DNA of 64,000 bases from Synechococcus sp. (GCA_047285805.1 JBJBCN010000003.1:800001-864000); one strand, 5' to 3'. Positions 29,785 through 41,551 are shown, counted from the first letter of the stretch. Notes: generated from the sequence alone by a model not told the origin. Numbers and translations are program-made.

Positions 29785-31422
29785 CTAGTCCGCCAGGGCC
29801 TCAGTGCTGATGCTGGGGCCCTGGCGTTGCAGGCTGTGGCGCCTCCAGAAGGGTTGGCGTGCGGGGATGTCTACGCGGAAGTGGCCGCCGCGGCTCTCGG
29901 TTCGGAACAGCGCTGACTCCATCAACAGGGCGGCTACCGTCACCCGCTGTTGCAGGTCGTGGGCTTTAGCCAGCCAACGGGCCTCATCTCTTGGCAGCTC
30001 GATTGCCCGGTCGTTGTCCAGCGACTTCAGGGCCATGAGCAGGGGCTCGGCACTGAGATCCCCCTCGAGCTGACGGCAAGCTCGGTATCCGTCGAGCAGG
30101 GCGTGACCGTCCCGCTCGACGCCACCGACCTGCCAGCAGAGATGGCGCAGTTGCTCGGTTTGCCGCTCGATCGTCTCCAGGCTGCTGCTCGGCGCGGTTG
30201 CGATCAACGCTGTGACCGTTGGTTCAACCCTGGTGGGCCCTGCAGGGGAGAGCTCGATCTCCCGCAGTTGGCGCGCATAGACGAGGCATTCCATCAGGGA
30301 ATTGCTGGCCAGACGGTTGGCCCCATGGACGCCGCTGCTGGCGACCTCCCCGACGGCATACAGACCGGGGATGGTGGTGGCTGAGTGTCCATCGGTGCGG
30401 ACGCCGCCCATGCAGTAGTGAGCAGCTGGTGCCACCGGGATGGGGGCCTGAGTGGGCTCGAGCCCCAGTTCGCGGCAGCGCCCCAGGATCGTGGGGAATT
30501 GCCCCTCGAGCTTGCCGTCGCCCACGGGCCTGAGGTCGAGCCAGAGATGGGGGCTTTGGCGCTCGCGCATGCGCTGGACGAGGGCCCGACTGACGGCGTC
30601 ACGGGGTGCCAGGTCAGCGCCGCTGAGCTGGCTGACGGGGCTCTCCCCCAGGTCATCGATCAGGCGGGCCCCTTCTCCGCGCACCGCTTCGGAGATGAGG
30701 AAGTGGGGGGCCCCCGGCAGCATCAAGGCCGTGGGGTGGAACTGGATGAACTCCAAGTCGCGCACGGCAGCACCGGCGCGATAGGCCATGGCGATGCCGT
30801 CACCGCTGGCTTGTTTAGGGTTGGTTGTGTTTGCAAAGAGGTGGCCGGCACCGCCGGTGGCCAGCACGACCGCGCGGGACCGGAGCCAATGCACCGTCCC
30901 GTCCAAGAGAACCTGGAGGCCGCGGCACTGGTCGTCCTGTACCCAAAGCTGGAGGGCCAGCCCACCTTGGAGGCGTTGCAGGCCGGGACGCTGCAGCACC
31001 TTGCGCTCCAGGGCGTCGACCAGAGCTCCACCGGTGCGGTCCTGGGCGTGGAGAACGCGGCGATGGCTGTGAGCGGCCTCAAGAGTGGTGCTGAGCCCGC
31101 CGTCCTGGCGGTCAAAGTCCATCCCTAGCTCTAACAGCCTTTCGACGCAGGCCGGGGCCTCACGCACCAGCAACTCCACCGCGGGGCGATCGCAGAGATC
31201 AGCGCCGGCCTTGAGGGTGTCTTCCAGATGGCTCTCGAAGCTGTCTTCCGGCCGGGTCACCGCCGCGATGCCACCTTGAGCCCAGCGGCTGGCGGATCGG
31301 GGTGCGCGGTCTTTGCTCAGCAAGAGGACGCTGAGGCCCGCGGGCAGCTCGAGGGCGGCCATCAAGCCTGCGGCACCCCCGCCCACCACGATGACGTCCC
31401 AATTGGAGGGAATGGAGGGCAT
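29785..31422 (-). CDS. nadB: L-aspartate oxidase
   Basis: SRWAQGGIAA, EAAHSHRRVLH, QFHPT, HGANRLASNSL; ATG at 31422. Confidence 0.93.
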   Translation of the reverse strand: MPSIPSNWDVIVVGGGAAGLMAALELPAGLSVLLLSKDRAPRSASRWAQGGIAAVTRPEDSFESHLEDTLKAGADLCDRPAVELLVREAPACVERLLELGMDFDRQDGGLSTTLEAAHSHRRVLHAQDRTGGALVDALERKVLQRPGLQRLQGGLALQLWVQDDQCRGLQVLLDGTVHWLRSRAVVLATGGAGHLFANTTNPKQASGDGIAMAYRAGAAVRDLEFIQFHPTALMLPGAPHFLISEAVRGEGARLIDDLGESPVSQLSGADLAPRDAVSRALVQRMRERQSPHLWLDLRPVGDGKLEGQFPTILGRCRELGLEPTQAPIPVAPAAHYCMGGVRTDGHSATTIPGLYAVGEVASSGVHGANRLASNSLMECLVYARQLREIELSPAGPTRVEPTVTALIATAPSSSLETIERQTEQLRHLCWQVGGVERDGHALLDGYRACRQLEGDLSAEPLLMALKSLDNDRAIELPRDEARWLAKAHDLQQRVTVAALLMESALFRTESRGGHFRVDIPARQPFWRRHSLQRQGPSISTEALAD

Positions 31423-31446
31423 CAGGCCTTGGCTGACGGAGGCAAC

Positions 31447-31472
31447 AAAAAACCGTCGGGATGGCCCGACGG
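31447..31472 (-). terminator. Rho-independent terminator after psbU
   Basis: CCGTCGGG-ATGG-CCCGACGG stem with an adjacent A-run (U-run on the minus strand). Confidence 0.75.
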
Positions 31473-31527
31473 CGGTCACAGGCTGCGGAATCTAGACCTC
31501 AGCTGTGCGCTTGAAGTGCTCGAGCAA

Positions 31528-31905
31528 TCAACGGTATTGGCCGTCGTTGATGCGATCGAAGCCTTCGTTCAGGGCGATGGACGCGGGGGTGACTGTGAAG
31601 TTGCCCTTGAACTTGTCAACCAGCTCTTTCTGGCGATCGGTTAAATCTAGATCGAACAGGTCGTCCACACTGTTGTAAGGCCCGCCTAGCACGATCTTTC
31701 CGGCCAGGGTGGGATACATCCCAGGGAATGCCTGGAAGCGACGGACGGAGCAGTTGTTCAAGTCAATTTTGTCTCCGCGCTCGCTGATCTTGTCGTCAGC
31801 GATGTTGCGCAGGGAATCGGCCTGAGCTGCGGGCGCGATGATCAGGCTAAGGAGCAGGCCGGCCATCAGCACTCCACTCATGAGCCACGAAACCAGCCGT
31901 TTCAT
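31528..31905 (-). CDS. psbU: Photosystem II 12 kDa extrinsic protein
   Basis: KIDLNN, PGMYPTLAGKIV, GFDRINDGQYR. Confidence 0.95.
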   Translation of the reverse strand: MKRLVSWLMSGVLMAGLLLSLIIAPAAQADSLRNIADDKISERGDKIDLNNCSVRRFQAFPGMYPTLAGKIVLGGPYNSVDDLFDLDLTDRQKELVDKFKGNFTVTPASIALNEGFDRINDGQYR

Positions 31906-32021
31906 TGATAACTCCGTCTAAACGGGAACCACAGGGAGAGGGCTGCCTTGCAGCCAGCTCTGCAAACCTACAGGGAGCAGTCCTTAGGGCCGTTGGCTTT
32001 TAAAGAGGCTTTTGCAGTTCT

Positions 32022-32747
32022 TCAGATGAGGCCGCTCCAGTGGGGTGACCAGAGGGCTGCGGCAAGAAACAGTCCATCCACAGCAAGGGTTGTCGCCATG
32101 GCGGAAGCGGCGACTCTCCAGGCCCCGTCGGGGTGGTGCCAGTAGCGCCAGCAGAGGTTCACGAGGACGGCCCCCGCCAGGAGAGTGACGCCGAGGGGAA
32201 GGGGCTCGAGTACTCCGAGGGCGGCTTGCTGCAGCAGGAGCGTGGCTTGATCAATCGGTGCGTTGAGCACCTCTGTCCAATGGCGCATCACACCCGTGAT
32301 CGCCATCACCCCATCGGTGGCGGCGGTGCCGACCAGGGACGCTAAGTAGAAACTGGCGGCCAGGCGCCAGCGGGTGCGTAGCCCACCCAGCGCCAACGGA
32401 AGGGCAAAAGCCTCAATCGGCAGATGCCAGAGGGGGTGCAGGCGGCACCAACCCCAGAAGAGACAGCCGCCTAGCCAGCTGCCGCTGAAGCCCACCAGCA
32501 AGGTGCCGGTCATGCTCCAGCGCTGCTTGTGGTGCTCGGCGAGGGCAATGCCGAGGAACAGGAGGGGGGCGGTGAACAGGGCCGCACTAAAGGGGGCCAG
32601 ACGTACCCAGGGAGCTTGCAGAAAGACCGGAAGCGCAACAAGCAGGCATCCCGAGAGCCACAGACCCCACCCCTTGGACTCGGAGGCGCGGCTCTGCGGT
32701 GCTGGGGTCAGCGTCCGGGTGGTGAGGCTGGGCTGCGCCCCGAGCAC
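32022..32747 (-). CDS. DUF3120-family membrane protein
   Basis: PVFLQAPWVR, HLPIEA, FYLASLVGTAATD. Confidence 0.8.
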   Translation of the reverse strand: MLGAQPSLTTRTLTPAPQSRASESKGWGLWLSGCLLVALPVFLQAPWVRLAPFSAALFTAPLLFLGIALAEHHKQRWSMTGTLLVGFSGSWLGGCLFWGWCRLHPLWHLPIEAFALPLALGGLRTRWRLAASFYLASLVGTAATDGVMAITGVMRHWTEVLNAPIDQATLLLQQAALGVLEPLPLGVTLLAGAVLVNLCWRYWHHPDGAWRVAASAMATTLAVDGLFLAAALWSPHWSGLI

Positions 32748-32844
32748 AACGCCTGTAACGAAAGGTATCCAACCTTAAGGGGTGTGCGGCTTCTCAATCC
32801 CCGCACCAGCGCATAAGGTCTGTCCTGATCGATGTTGCCCCGCC

Positions 32845-33708
32845 GTGACCACCCTTCCCCCCCCTGAGTCGCTGGGGGGTTTGGAAGCCTGCTGGCGCTT
32901 CTGCGTGTTGGGGGTGGTTCAGGGTCTCACCGAGTTCCTGCCTATCAGCAGCACGGCGCACCTCAAGGTGGTCCCGGTCTTGTTGGGCTGGGGTGATCCC
33001 GGTGTGGCGGTCACTGCGGTGATCCAGCTGGGCAGCATTGCCGCGGTCATTGCATTTTTCCGCGACGACCTCATGCAGGTCATCGCTGCGTTTTGGCAGG
33101 CTTTGCGCAGCGGCCAGTGGACGACCCCTGAAGCGCGTCTGGGTCAGGCAATCCTTTGGGGCACCCTGCCGATCCTGGTGGCGGGTTTGGGCATCAAGCT
33201 GTTTGTGCCCAACTTTGATGAATCTCCCCTGCGCAGCCTGACTTCGATCGGGATGGTCTCCATCGTGATGGGCCTCCTGCTCGGGCTGGCCGAGCGCTGG
33301 GGCCGCCGGCGCCGGGTGTTGTCGGATGTCGTTGTGCGGGACGGGTGGCTGGTGGGTGTGGCTCAAACACTGGCCTTGATCCCCGGAGTCTCCCGATCGG
33401 GCAGCACCCTGACGGCTGCCCTCTTCGATGGCTGGAAACGCTCGGAGGCAGCTCGCTTTTCGTTTCTTTTAGGGATCCCCGCCATCAGTCTGGCCGGCCT
33501 GGTGGAGCTGAAGGACGCGTTTTCAGCCCCAGTTGCCGGTGGCCCATGGCCTTTGTTTGTGGGGATTGTCTCGTCGGCCGTGGTTTCGTGGCTGGCGATT
33601 GCATGGCTGCTGCGCTTTTTGCAGAACCACAGCGCCTGGTGGTTTGTGGGGTACCGGGTCTTTTTTGGCTTGGGCGTGATTCTCTGGGCGGCCCGCAGCG
33701 TCGCTTGA
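32845..33708 (+). CDS. uppP: Undecaprenyl-diphosphate phosphatase
   Basis: VQGLTEFLPISSTAHL, PGVSRSGST, AARFSFLL. Confidence 0.93.
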   Translation: MTTLPPPESLGGLEACWRFCVLGVVQGLTEFLPISSTAHLKVVPVLLGWGDPGVAVTAVIQLGSIAAVIAFFRDDLMQVIAAFWQALRSGQWTTPEARLGQAILWGTLPILVAGLGIKLFVPNFDESPLRSLTSIGMVSIVMGLLLGLAERWGRRRRVLSDVVVRDGWLVGVAQTLALIPGVSRSGSTLTAALFDGWKRSEAARFSFLLGIPAISLAGLVELKDAFSAPVAGGPWPLFVGIVSSAVVSWLAIAWLLRFLQNHSAWWFVGYRVFFGLGVILWAARSVA

Positions 33709-33752
33709 TCCGTCTGCGACGCAAACTGAAGACAGTGAAGCCTTAGCGGTCG

Positions 33753-35144
33753 GTGTGGAATGAGCCTTCGGCTGGGGTCGTCCTGGCCGAAACAGAAGGA
33801 GAGGTCAGGCTGCCTGCACCGGCCGTCGTTGATCGGGTGGAAGCCGACTCGATCGGGGATGAGTTGGGCATTCAGCCGGGGGATCGCCTGCTGAGCGTCA
33901 ATGGGGTGCGCCCTAGGGATCTGATCGACCTTCAGTTCCTGGTAGGGGAGGAGGACCTTTGCCTGGAGGTCCAGGACCCCGATGGCACGGTGCATCGGGT
34001 GGAGCTGGAAAAAGATGCCAATGAAGGCCTGGGTCTGGCCTTCACCGAAGCGCTCTTCGACGGCCTGAAGCAGTGCAACAACCATTGCCCGTTCTGCTTT
34101 ATCGATCAGCAGCCCCCGGGGCACCGCCGCAGCCTGTACGTCAAAGATGACGACTACCGGCTGAGCTTTCTCTATGGCTCGTATCTCACCCTTACCAACC
34201 TGTCGGCAGCGGACTGGGAGCGCATCGAGCAGCAGCGCCTCTCTCCCCTGTTTGTCTCGGTCCATGCCACCAACCCGGAGCTGCGCTCCCGGTTATTGGT
34301 GAATCCCCGGGCGGCTTTGCTGCTGGAACAGTTGGCCTGGTTCCAGGAGCGTCAGTTGCAGATCCATGCCCAGGTTGTGGTTTGCCCTGGCCTGAATGAC
34401 GGTGAGGCCCTGGAGCAGACCTTGAAGGATCTCTCGGGGTTTGCAGACGGGGACTGGCCCGCGGTGCTCTCCACCGCGGTGGTTCCGGTGGGCTTGACCC
34501 GCTATCGCCCCGAAGGAGATGACTTGGTGCCTGTGGACCGGGCCTGCGCCAAGCGGGTGATTGCCCAGGTGGAGCCCTTACAGGAGGGCTTCCGTGCGCA
34601 GTTCGGTAGCCGTTTCGCTTGGCTCTCAGATGAGTGGTATTTGATGGCCGGCTATCCCCTGCCGGATCGGGCGGAGTACGAGGACCTGCCCCAGGAGGGC
34701 AACGGCGTGGGAAGTATCCGCTCCTTCCTGGAGGCCATGGATGAGGCCACCTCTGACCTTCCTTCTGCGCTGGCTACGCCTCGGCGGGTGAGTTGGGTCG
34801 TCGGGCTGTTGGTGGCGGAGGCCCTGAGGCCAGCGGTGGATCGCCTGAACCAGGTGGAGGGCTTGGAGGTGCTAGTCCATGGCTTGCCAAGTCCCTATTG
34901 GGGGCAAGACCAGGTGGTGACTGGGCTACTGACGGGCTCAGACCTGCTCGAGGGCTTGGCGGGCGCCGACTTGGGGGATGAATTACTGCTGCCCGCCGTG
35001 ATGTTGCGCCAGGGGGAGCCGGTCTTCTTGGACGACCAACCCTTCGAAGCGGTTGCAGTGCAACTGAATGCTCCGGTGCGCCTAGTTCATGGGGCGGACG
35101 ACATCGTGGCTGCGTGCCTGGGCGAATCAACAGCAGTTCATTAA
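33753..35144 (+). CDS. TIGR03279-family PDZ / radical-SAM-like (DUF512) protein
   Basis: N-terminal PDZ-like segment, CNNHCPFCF, KDDDYRLSFLYG. Confidence 0.88.
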   Translation: MWNEPSAGVVLAETEGEVRLPAPAVVDRVEADSIGDELGIQPGDRLLSVNGVRPRDLIDLQFLVGEEDLCLEVQDPDGTVHRVELEKDANEGLGLAFTEALFDGLKQCNNHCPFCFIDQQPPGHRRSLYVKDDDYRLSFLYGSYLTLTNLSAADWERIEQQRLSPLFVSVHATNPELRSRLLVNPRAALLLEQLAWFQERQLQIHAQVVVCPGLNDGEALEQTLKDLSGFADGDWPAVLSTAVVPVGLTRYRPEGDDLVPVDRACAKRVIAQVEPLQEGFRAQFGSRFAWLSDEWYLMAGYPLPDRAEYEDLPQEGNGVGSIRSFLEAMDEATSDLPSALATPRRVSWVVGLLVAEALRPAVDRLNQVEGLEVLVHGLPSPYWGQDQVVTGLLTGSDLLEGLAGADLGDELLLPAVMLRQGEPVFLDDQPFEAVAVQLNAPVRLVHGADDIVAACLGESTAVH

Positions 35145-35176
35145 GGTTTGGGCAACATTTATGTCTTGAGAGCTCG

Positions 35177-36880
35177 GTGGTTCGCCTCGTTCAAGCAGTC
35201 GTTGCGGCCACCGGTGTTGCGCTGTCTGGTTCTCCGGCTGCTGTCGTTGCCGCTGAACCTCAAGCTGCGCCCAAACCCAAGCTCGAGCAGATTGATCCAC
35301 CGCCGGTTTCGCTGCCGTCGGCCTTCAGCACCAAGGGCCAACGCCCCAAGTCCAATCCCAAGGTGTTGCCTCCGGCCGCCACGAAGTTGGACCCTGCCCT
35401 TCAGCGCCTGGCGGCTCCGGCGACCTTGGCCCTGCCGGACAAGACCGATCAGATCAAGATCGTCGAATTCCGTCCGCTCTCTTTGCTGGACGTCGAGAAC
35501 CTCGCCGAAGTCAACAACCCCAACCTCAAGGCAGTTGCTAGCCGGGTGGATCAGGCCCAGAGCAACCTGAGGGCGACGATTGCGGCTTGGTACCCAAGCT
35601 TTGACTTCACGACGGGCAATCAGTTCCCGTCTTGGACCTACGGCCGTCAGTACAACTACATCGAAGGAGCCATTGGTTCTTCCACGGAGGGTGGTGACAC
35701 TCAGACCAACCGTTGGGCCGCAACCGCCAACCTCGCTTTCAATTGGGATCTGATCAATCCCCAGCGGGTCCCACAAGTCAGTGCGGCCCGTGATGCTTTC
35801 GAGCAGGCCAAGAACACTTATCTGATTGCGCTCCGTGACCTGCGCCTGCAGGCGTCGCAAGCCTATTTCGCGCTCCAGCTCAGCGATGACAACGTGCGCG
35901 TTGGTCAGACCTCCGTGCAGGCCTCGTTGGTCAGCCTTCGGGATGCCCGCGCCCGCTACCAGGCCGGTGTGGCCACCAAGCTTGAAGTCCTTGAGGCGGA
36001 GACCCAGCTCGCCCGTGACCAAAGCATCCTGACTGAGGCCCTCGCAGAGCAGGCGAATGCAAGGCGGGATCTGGCTCGACTGCTGGATCTTCCGCAGAAC
36101 ATCACACCGACAGCCAAGCAGCCCTTGCGCCCCCTCGGCGTTTGGCTGCCTTCGCTTGAGGAGAGCATCTTGGGGGCCTATGCCTTCCGCGAAGAGCTGG
36201 ACAACGCGCTGCTGGATATCTCGGTCTCCAACAGCAACGCCAATGCGTCCCTGGGTGCGGTTCAGCCGTTCTTGAGCATCATCAACAACTTTGTGACGGG
36301 CCGTACCTTCGGTTATGCGGGCCTCAATCCAGATCGTGGCTTGGATGGCGGTCAAACCTGGGCGACGGACAACACGGTCGGGTTGAACCTGCGCTGGTCG
36401 CTCTTTGATGGAGGCCGGGCTCGGGCGCAGTACCGCCAGTCCAAGCAGCAGGCCCAAGAGAACGCCTTCCGCTTTGCCGACACCCGTGACCAGGTGCGCT
36501 TCCAGGTCGAGCAGAGCTTCAACAACCTGCGGGCCGATACCCGCACGATTCAGACGACATCTCGGGAGGTGCTCTCAGCACGTGAATCGCTTCGCCTGGC
36601 CCGCCTGCGCTTCCAGGCCGGTGTGACCACCCAGCGAGAAGTCGTGGACAACCAGCGGGACTTGACGCAGGCCCAGCTCCGCTATGCCCGAGCCCTCGCC
36701 GACTACAACAATGGCCTGTCGGAGTTGCGCCGTCGCACCGGTCTCGATCAGATCGCGGTCTGCCAGCCCCTGAAGATGGGCGCCATCAAGCCCCTGGAGG
36801 ACGACAACTACAACGTGCCCGTTCCCCCGGAGCCCCTCCCTCCGGCCTGCAGTGCGCCCTATCCGTCGGCCAGGAGCTAG
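35177..36880 (+). CDS. tolC: TolC-family outer membrane efflux protein
   Basis: Signal peptide, two OEP repeats (ARYQAGVATKLEV, LRFQAGVTTQREV); GTG at 35177. Confidence 0.88.
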   Translation: MVRLVQAVVAATGVALSGSPAAVVAAEPQAAPKPKLEQIDPPPVSLPSAFSTKGQRPKSNPKVLPPAATKLDPALQRLAAPATLALPDKTDQIKIVEFRPLSLLDVENLAEVNNPNLKAVASRVDQAQSNLRATIAAWYPSFDFTTGNQFPSWTYGRQYNYIEGAIGSSTEGGDTQTNRWAATANLAFNWDLINPQRVPQVSAARDAFEQAKNTYLIALRDLRLQASQAYFALQLSDDNVRVGQTSVQASLVSLRDARARYQAGVATKLEVLEAETQLARDQSILTEALAEQANARRDLARLLDLPQNITPTAKQPLRPLGVWLPSLEESILGAYAFREELDNALLDISVSNSNANASLGAVQPFLSIINNFVTGRTFGYAGLNPDRGLDGGQTWATDNTVGLNLRWSLFDGGRARAQYRQSKQQAQENAFRFADTRDQVRFQVEQSFNNLRADTRTIQTTSREVLSARESLRLARLRFQAGVTTQREVVDNQRDLTQAQLRYARALADYNNGLSELRRRTGLDQIAVCQPLKMGAIKPLEDDNYNVPVPPEPLPPACSAPYPSARS

Positions 36881-36960
36881 GCCTCTATTCCGACTAACGT
36901 CAGTGACCAGCTGAGCGACTGCAGCTGTCTCTTCCTCTTCCTCGTCTGATTCGTCTGGGG

Positions 36961-38301
36961 TTGTTCCAGGGGTGCCTGGGCTGTCTGGCGGTGATCTTTG
37001 TCGGGATGCTGAACCGGGTGATGCTCACGGAGTTGGGCTTCCCGGGTTTGTTCGTTGGTGGGGCCCTGGCCCTGGAACAGGTTGTGGCCCCGGCCAGGAT
37101 CCTGTTCGGTCAGATGTCCGATAGCCGTCCCTGGCTGGGGCGGCACCGGACGCCTTACATCTGGCTGGGATCGGCCCTCTTTTGCAGCCTGGCGGTGATG
37201 CTGATTCCGCTGATCTTCCGTCTGCATGCGGCCTTTGGCTCCGGAGACGCCGGCGCAATCACGGGCGGCATTGCCGCCATTTGTGCGGTGGTGTCTTGCT
37301 ACGGCCTGGCGGTCTCATTGGCCACGACCCCCTATCTGGCGCTGGTGATTGACCTGACAAGCGAGGAGGAGCGCCCCCGTGCGGTGGGCCTGATCTGGTG
37401 CTTGCTCACCGTCGGCATCGTCGTGGGGGCGATTGCCACCAGCATTTGCCTCAAAGGCTTGGACGGGGTGAGTGATCCAGCCCTGCTGGAGCCAGCACTG
37501 TTCCAGTTCCTGGCTCGTGTGGCCGTTGTGGTGTTTGCGTTGACAGTCTTCGCGACCTGGGGCATCGAGCCTCATGCCAGCGAACGCGCCATTAGCCACT
37601 CGGAGGACCGGGAAGACGCGATCACCATTGGGGACGCCTGGCGCTTGATCACCTGCAGCCGTCAGGTGCTGGTTTTTTTCTGCTTCCTGCTGGCCTTCAC
37701 CCTGGCGGTGTTCCTGCAGGACCCGATCCTGGAGAGTTACGGCGCTGAGGTCTTTGCACTGCCGATTGCGGCGACGGCTTCGTTGAGTGCCGTTTGGGGG
37801 GTGGGAACCCTGCTAGGCCTACTGGTCGCGGGCCTCTGGCTGGTTCCCAAGCTTGGGAAGTTCACGGCGGCCCGCTTGGGCTGTCAGTTGATCCTGTTGT
37901 CCTTGCTGCTCTTGACGGTGGTGGGGGTGCTGGCTGATCCCAATGCATTGCGGATCGTGCTTTTTCTGTTTGGACTGGCGACAGGGATTGGAACCAATGC
38001 CACCTTGGTTTTGATGCTGGATCTCACCCTTCCTGCCGTCGCTGGCACCTTCGTTGGTGTTTGGGGGCTTGCCCAGGCCTACTCAAGGGCGTTGGGCAAG
38101 GTCATGGGGGGTGGATTGCTTGATGCCGCACGTTGGCTGCTGCCCGATGCGCCAGCCCATGCGGCCTACGGCCTGGTGTTGCTCTTTGAGGCGGCCATTG
38201 CAGTCCTGGCTCTGGTGCTCTTGAGCCGGGTCAACGTGAAGCAATTCCGGGCAGATACAGCCAGCAATCTCGATCGTGTTCTCGCCGCGGAGCTGGGGTG
38301 A
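36961..38301 (+). CDS. BCD (PucC-like) family MFS transporter; true start may lie upstream
   Basis: LNRVMLTELG, HRTPYI, QDPILESYGAEVF, GTFVGVWG. Confidence 0.87.
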   Translation: MFQGCLGCLAVIFVGMLNRVMLTELGFPGLFVGGALALEQVVAPARILFGQMSDSRPWLGRHRTPYIWLGSALFCSLAVMLIPLIFRLHAAFGSGDAGAITGGIAAICAVVSCYGLAVSLATTPYLALVIDLTSEEERPRAVGLIWCLLTVGIVVGAIATSICLKGLDGVSDPALLEPALFQFLARVAVVVFALTVFATWGIEPHASERAISHSEDREDAITIGDAWRLITCSRQVLVFFCFLLAFTLAVFLQDPILESYGAEVFALPIAATASLSAVWGVGTLLGLLVAGLWLVPKLGKFTAARLGCQLILLSLLLLTVVGVLADPNALRIVLFLFGLATGIGTNATLVLMLDLTLPAVAGTFVGVWGLAQAYSRALGKVMGGGLLDAARWLLPDAPAHAAYGLVLLFEAAIAVLALVLLSRVNVKQFRADTASNLDRVLAAELG

Positions 38302-39107
38302 CGATGCTTTCTCTTGCAATGCCCGAAGGGTTGGAGCGGCTCGGTGCGCTGCTGGATGAGGTGGCCGAGCGGCAACGCCAGGACTTTGGCCAGCTCGACT
38401 CCGAGGCGAAGGCTGACGGCAGTTTGATTACCGCCTGCGACCGCTGGAGCGACGCCACCTTGGTCAAGGGCCTGGCTGAGCTCTACCCCGGGGAAGGGGT
38501 TCTCAGTGAAGAAGGCAGCCAGAGGGTTCCAACCTCTGAGGCCTATTGGGTGGTGGATCCCCTGGATGGGACGACGAACTTCGCGGCGGGGATTCCCTAT
38601 TGGGCGATTTCCCTGGCTCGCTTTGAGAATGGTGTGCCTGTGCTGGCTGTTTTAGACGTCCCGCCGTTGCGTCAACGGATCGTGGCGATTAAAGGAGGCG
38701 GGGCCTGGCGTAAGGACAAAAAATTGGGAGCTCCGTCGGCCCGGAACCAAGTGGCGGGCTGTGCGTCCCTCTGCAGCCGCTCGATCGGGGTGCTGCAGAA
38801 GCTTCCGAATCAGCGCTTTCCCGGCAAGATTCGTCTGCTGGGGGTAGCCAGCTTGAACCTGGTGAGCGTGGGGATGGGCCAGACCATCTCCGCCTTGGAG
38901 GCCACACCGAAGATTTGGGACCTCGCGGCGGCCTGGCTGGTGCTTCAGGAACTGAACTGTCCGATGGATTGGTTGGCGCGAGATCCGGGGCATTTGGAGC
39001 CGGGTGAGGACCTGAGCGAGGCCAACTTCCCTGTGCTGGCGGCTCGAAACGAGCAGACCCTGGCGCGCTTCAAGCCCTGGGCGGACGCCTTGGTGGGCCG
39101 TTCTTGA
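38298..39107 (+). CDS. Inositol monophosphatase family protein
   Basis: WVVDPLDGTTNF, KIWDLAAA. Confidence 0.9.
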   Translation: MTMLSLAMPEGLERLGALLDEVAERQRQDFGQLDSEAKADGSLITACDRWSDATLVKGLAELYPGEGVLSEEGSQRVPTSEAYWVVDPLDGTTNFAAGIPYWAISLARFENGVPVLAVLDVPPLRQRIVAIKGGGAWRKDKKLGAPSARNQVAGCASLCSRSIGVLQKLPNQRFPGKIRLLGVASLNLVSVGMGQTISALEATPKIWDLAAAWLVLQELNCPMDWLARDPGHLEPGEDLSEANFPVLAARNEQTLARFKPWADALVGRS

Positions 39108-39134
39108 CCAGTGAGGGGTAGATGGTGTTATGGT
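39104..39134 (+). promoter_or_regulatory. Putative rrn promoter
   Basis: TTGACC (-35) and extended -10 TGtTATGGT; the 19-nt spacing is non-ideal. Confidence 0.35.
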
Positions 39135-39171
39135 TATGTGCTGCGAGCAAACCGCGAGGTGAGTGAGCAGC

Positions 39172-39268
39172 GAACTGGAAGCCGAGGAAACTTGGTGGTG
39201 TAGGTTCGATCGGCGGCAGCGATGCCGCTAGTGAACTGAAAGCCGAGGGAACTCGGTGATGTAAGTTC
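39172..39268 (+). repeat. Two 36-nt direct repeats (hairpins) in the rrn leader
   Basis: GAACTGGAAGCCGAGGAAACTTGGTGGTGTAGGTTC and GAACTGAAAGCCGAGGGAACTCGGTGATGTAAGTTC, 31/36 identical, 25-nt gap. Confidence 0.8.
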
Positions 39269-39346
39269 AACAAGCGGTCGCGAGGCCGCGGACCGAGAGC
39301 CCGAAAGACCTGAGAGGGTCGAGCTGAGAAGCGTGTGGCGATCGGA

Positions 39347-39363
39347 GCACCTGGACAACTGAA
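39347..39363 (+). promoter_or_regulatory. rrn leader boxA / 16S processing stem
   Basis: GCACCTGGACAACTGAA resembles the ITS boxA; the adjacent sequence is complementary to ITS 41331-41353. Confidence 0.6.
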
Positions 39364-39721
39364 CGTTTAGGAACTGACGCTTTCACTGCGTTAGTCACCG
39401 CCAGAGCCGAGAGGTGAAGGTTTTGTGGTTAACGAAGATGCAGTGAGGGTGTGAGGTCCCGTCAAAAGTTTTTTAGTTGTGGAAGCTTGTTGCTTGCATG
39501 ATTGTCGACTCTCACGGTTGATGGTTGTGTCGGTGTGCAGCGAGTGGAGCAACGACCGGATCTGAGATCCTGGAAAGTCTGAACGAAAGAGATTTTGTTT
39601 TGCACTCTTTGAACGCTTCTGTCAGAGGAAGTGGCATCAACTGCAACCGTGCGCCAGTGCGAGTTGTGGGTGAAGCAAATCAGATTGAGATTGCGTAAGC
39701 AGTCAATAGGATTTGATCTAC

Positions 39722-41203
<1,482 letters not shown>

Positions 41204-41378
41204 ACAGGGAGACAAACAACGATTTTGATGCTTGAGTACTTTTATTCTTAGGCCGAAATCCTGTCACCTTAGGTCGATCGGTACCTCAACTTCAGTAGTC
41301 AGAGAGCTCGCTCTGCTGATTCATTGATTTTTAGTTCCTAAACGTTGTCTAGGTCACCCCATAGAGGGTTCACTTCCT

Positions 41379-41452
<74 letters not shown>

Positions 41453-41478
41453 TTCCAAAATCCAGTTTTGGATCATTT

Positions 41479-41551
41479 GGGGGTTTAGCTCAGTTGGTAG
41501 AGCGCCTGCTTTGCAAGCAGGATGTCAGCGGTTCGAGTCCGCTAACCTCCA
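41479..41551 (+). tRNA. tRNA-Ala(TGC)
   Basis: GGGGGTTTAGCTCAG...TTTGCAA...GGTTCGAGTCC...ACCTCCA. Confidence 0.97.

Noticed and set aside
35159..36457. Long antisense ORFs (this one, 48419..49591, 24606..25595 and similar)
   Set aside because: Shadow frames of GC-rich genes; no recognisable motifs.
39172..39268. 36-nt direct repeats as a mini CRISPR array
   Set aside because: Only two imperfect units with a 25-nt gap, located in the rrn leader, and no cas genes in the window.
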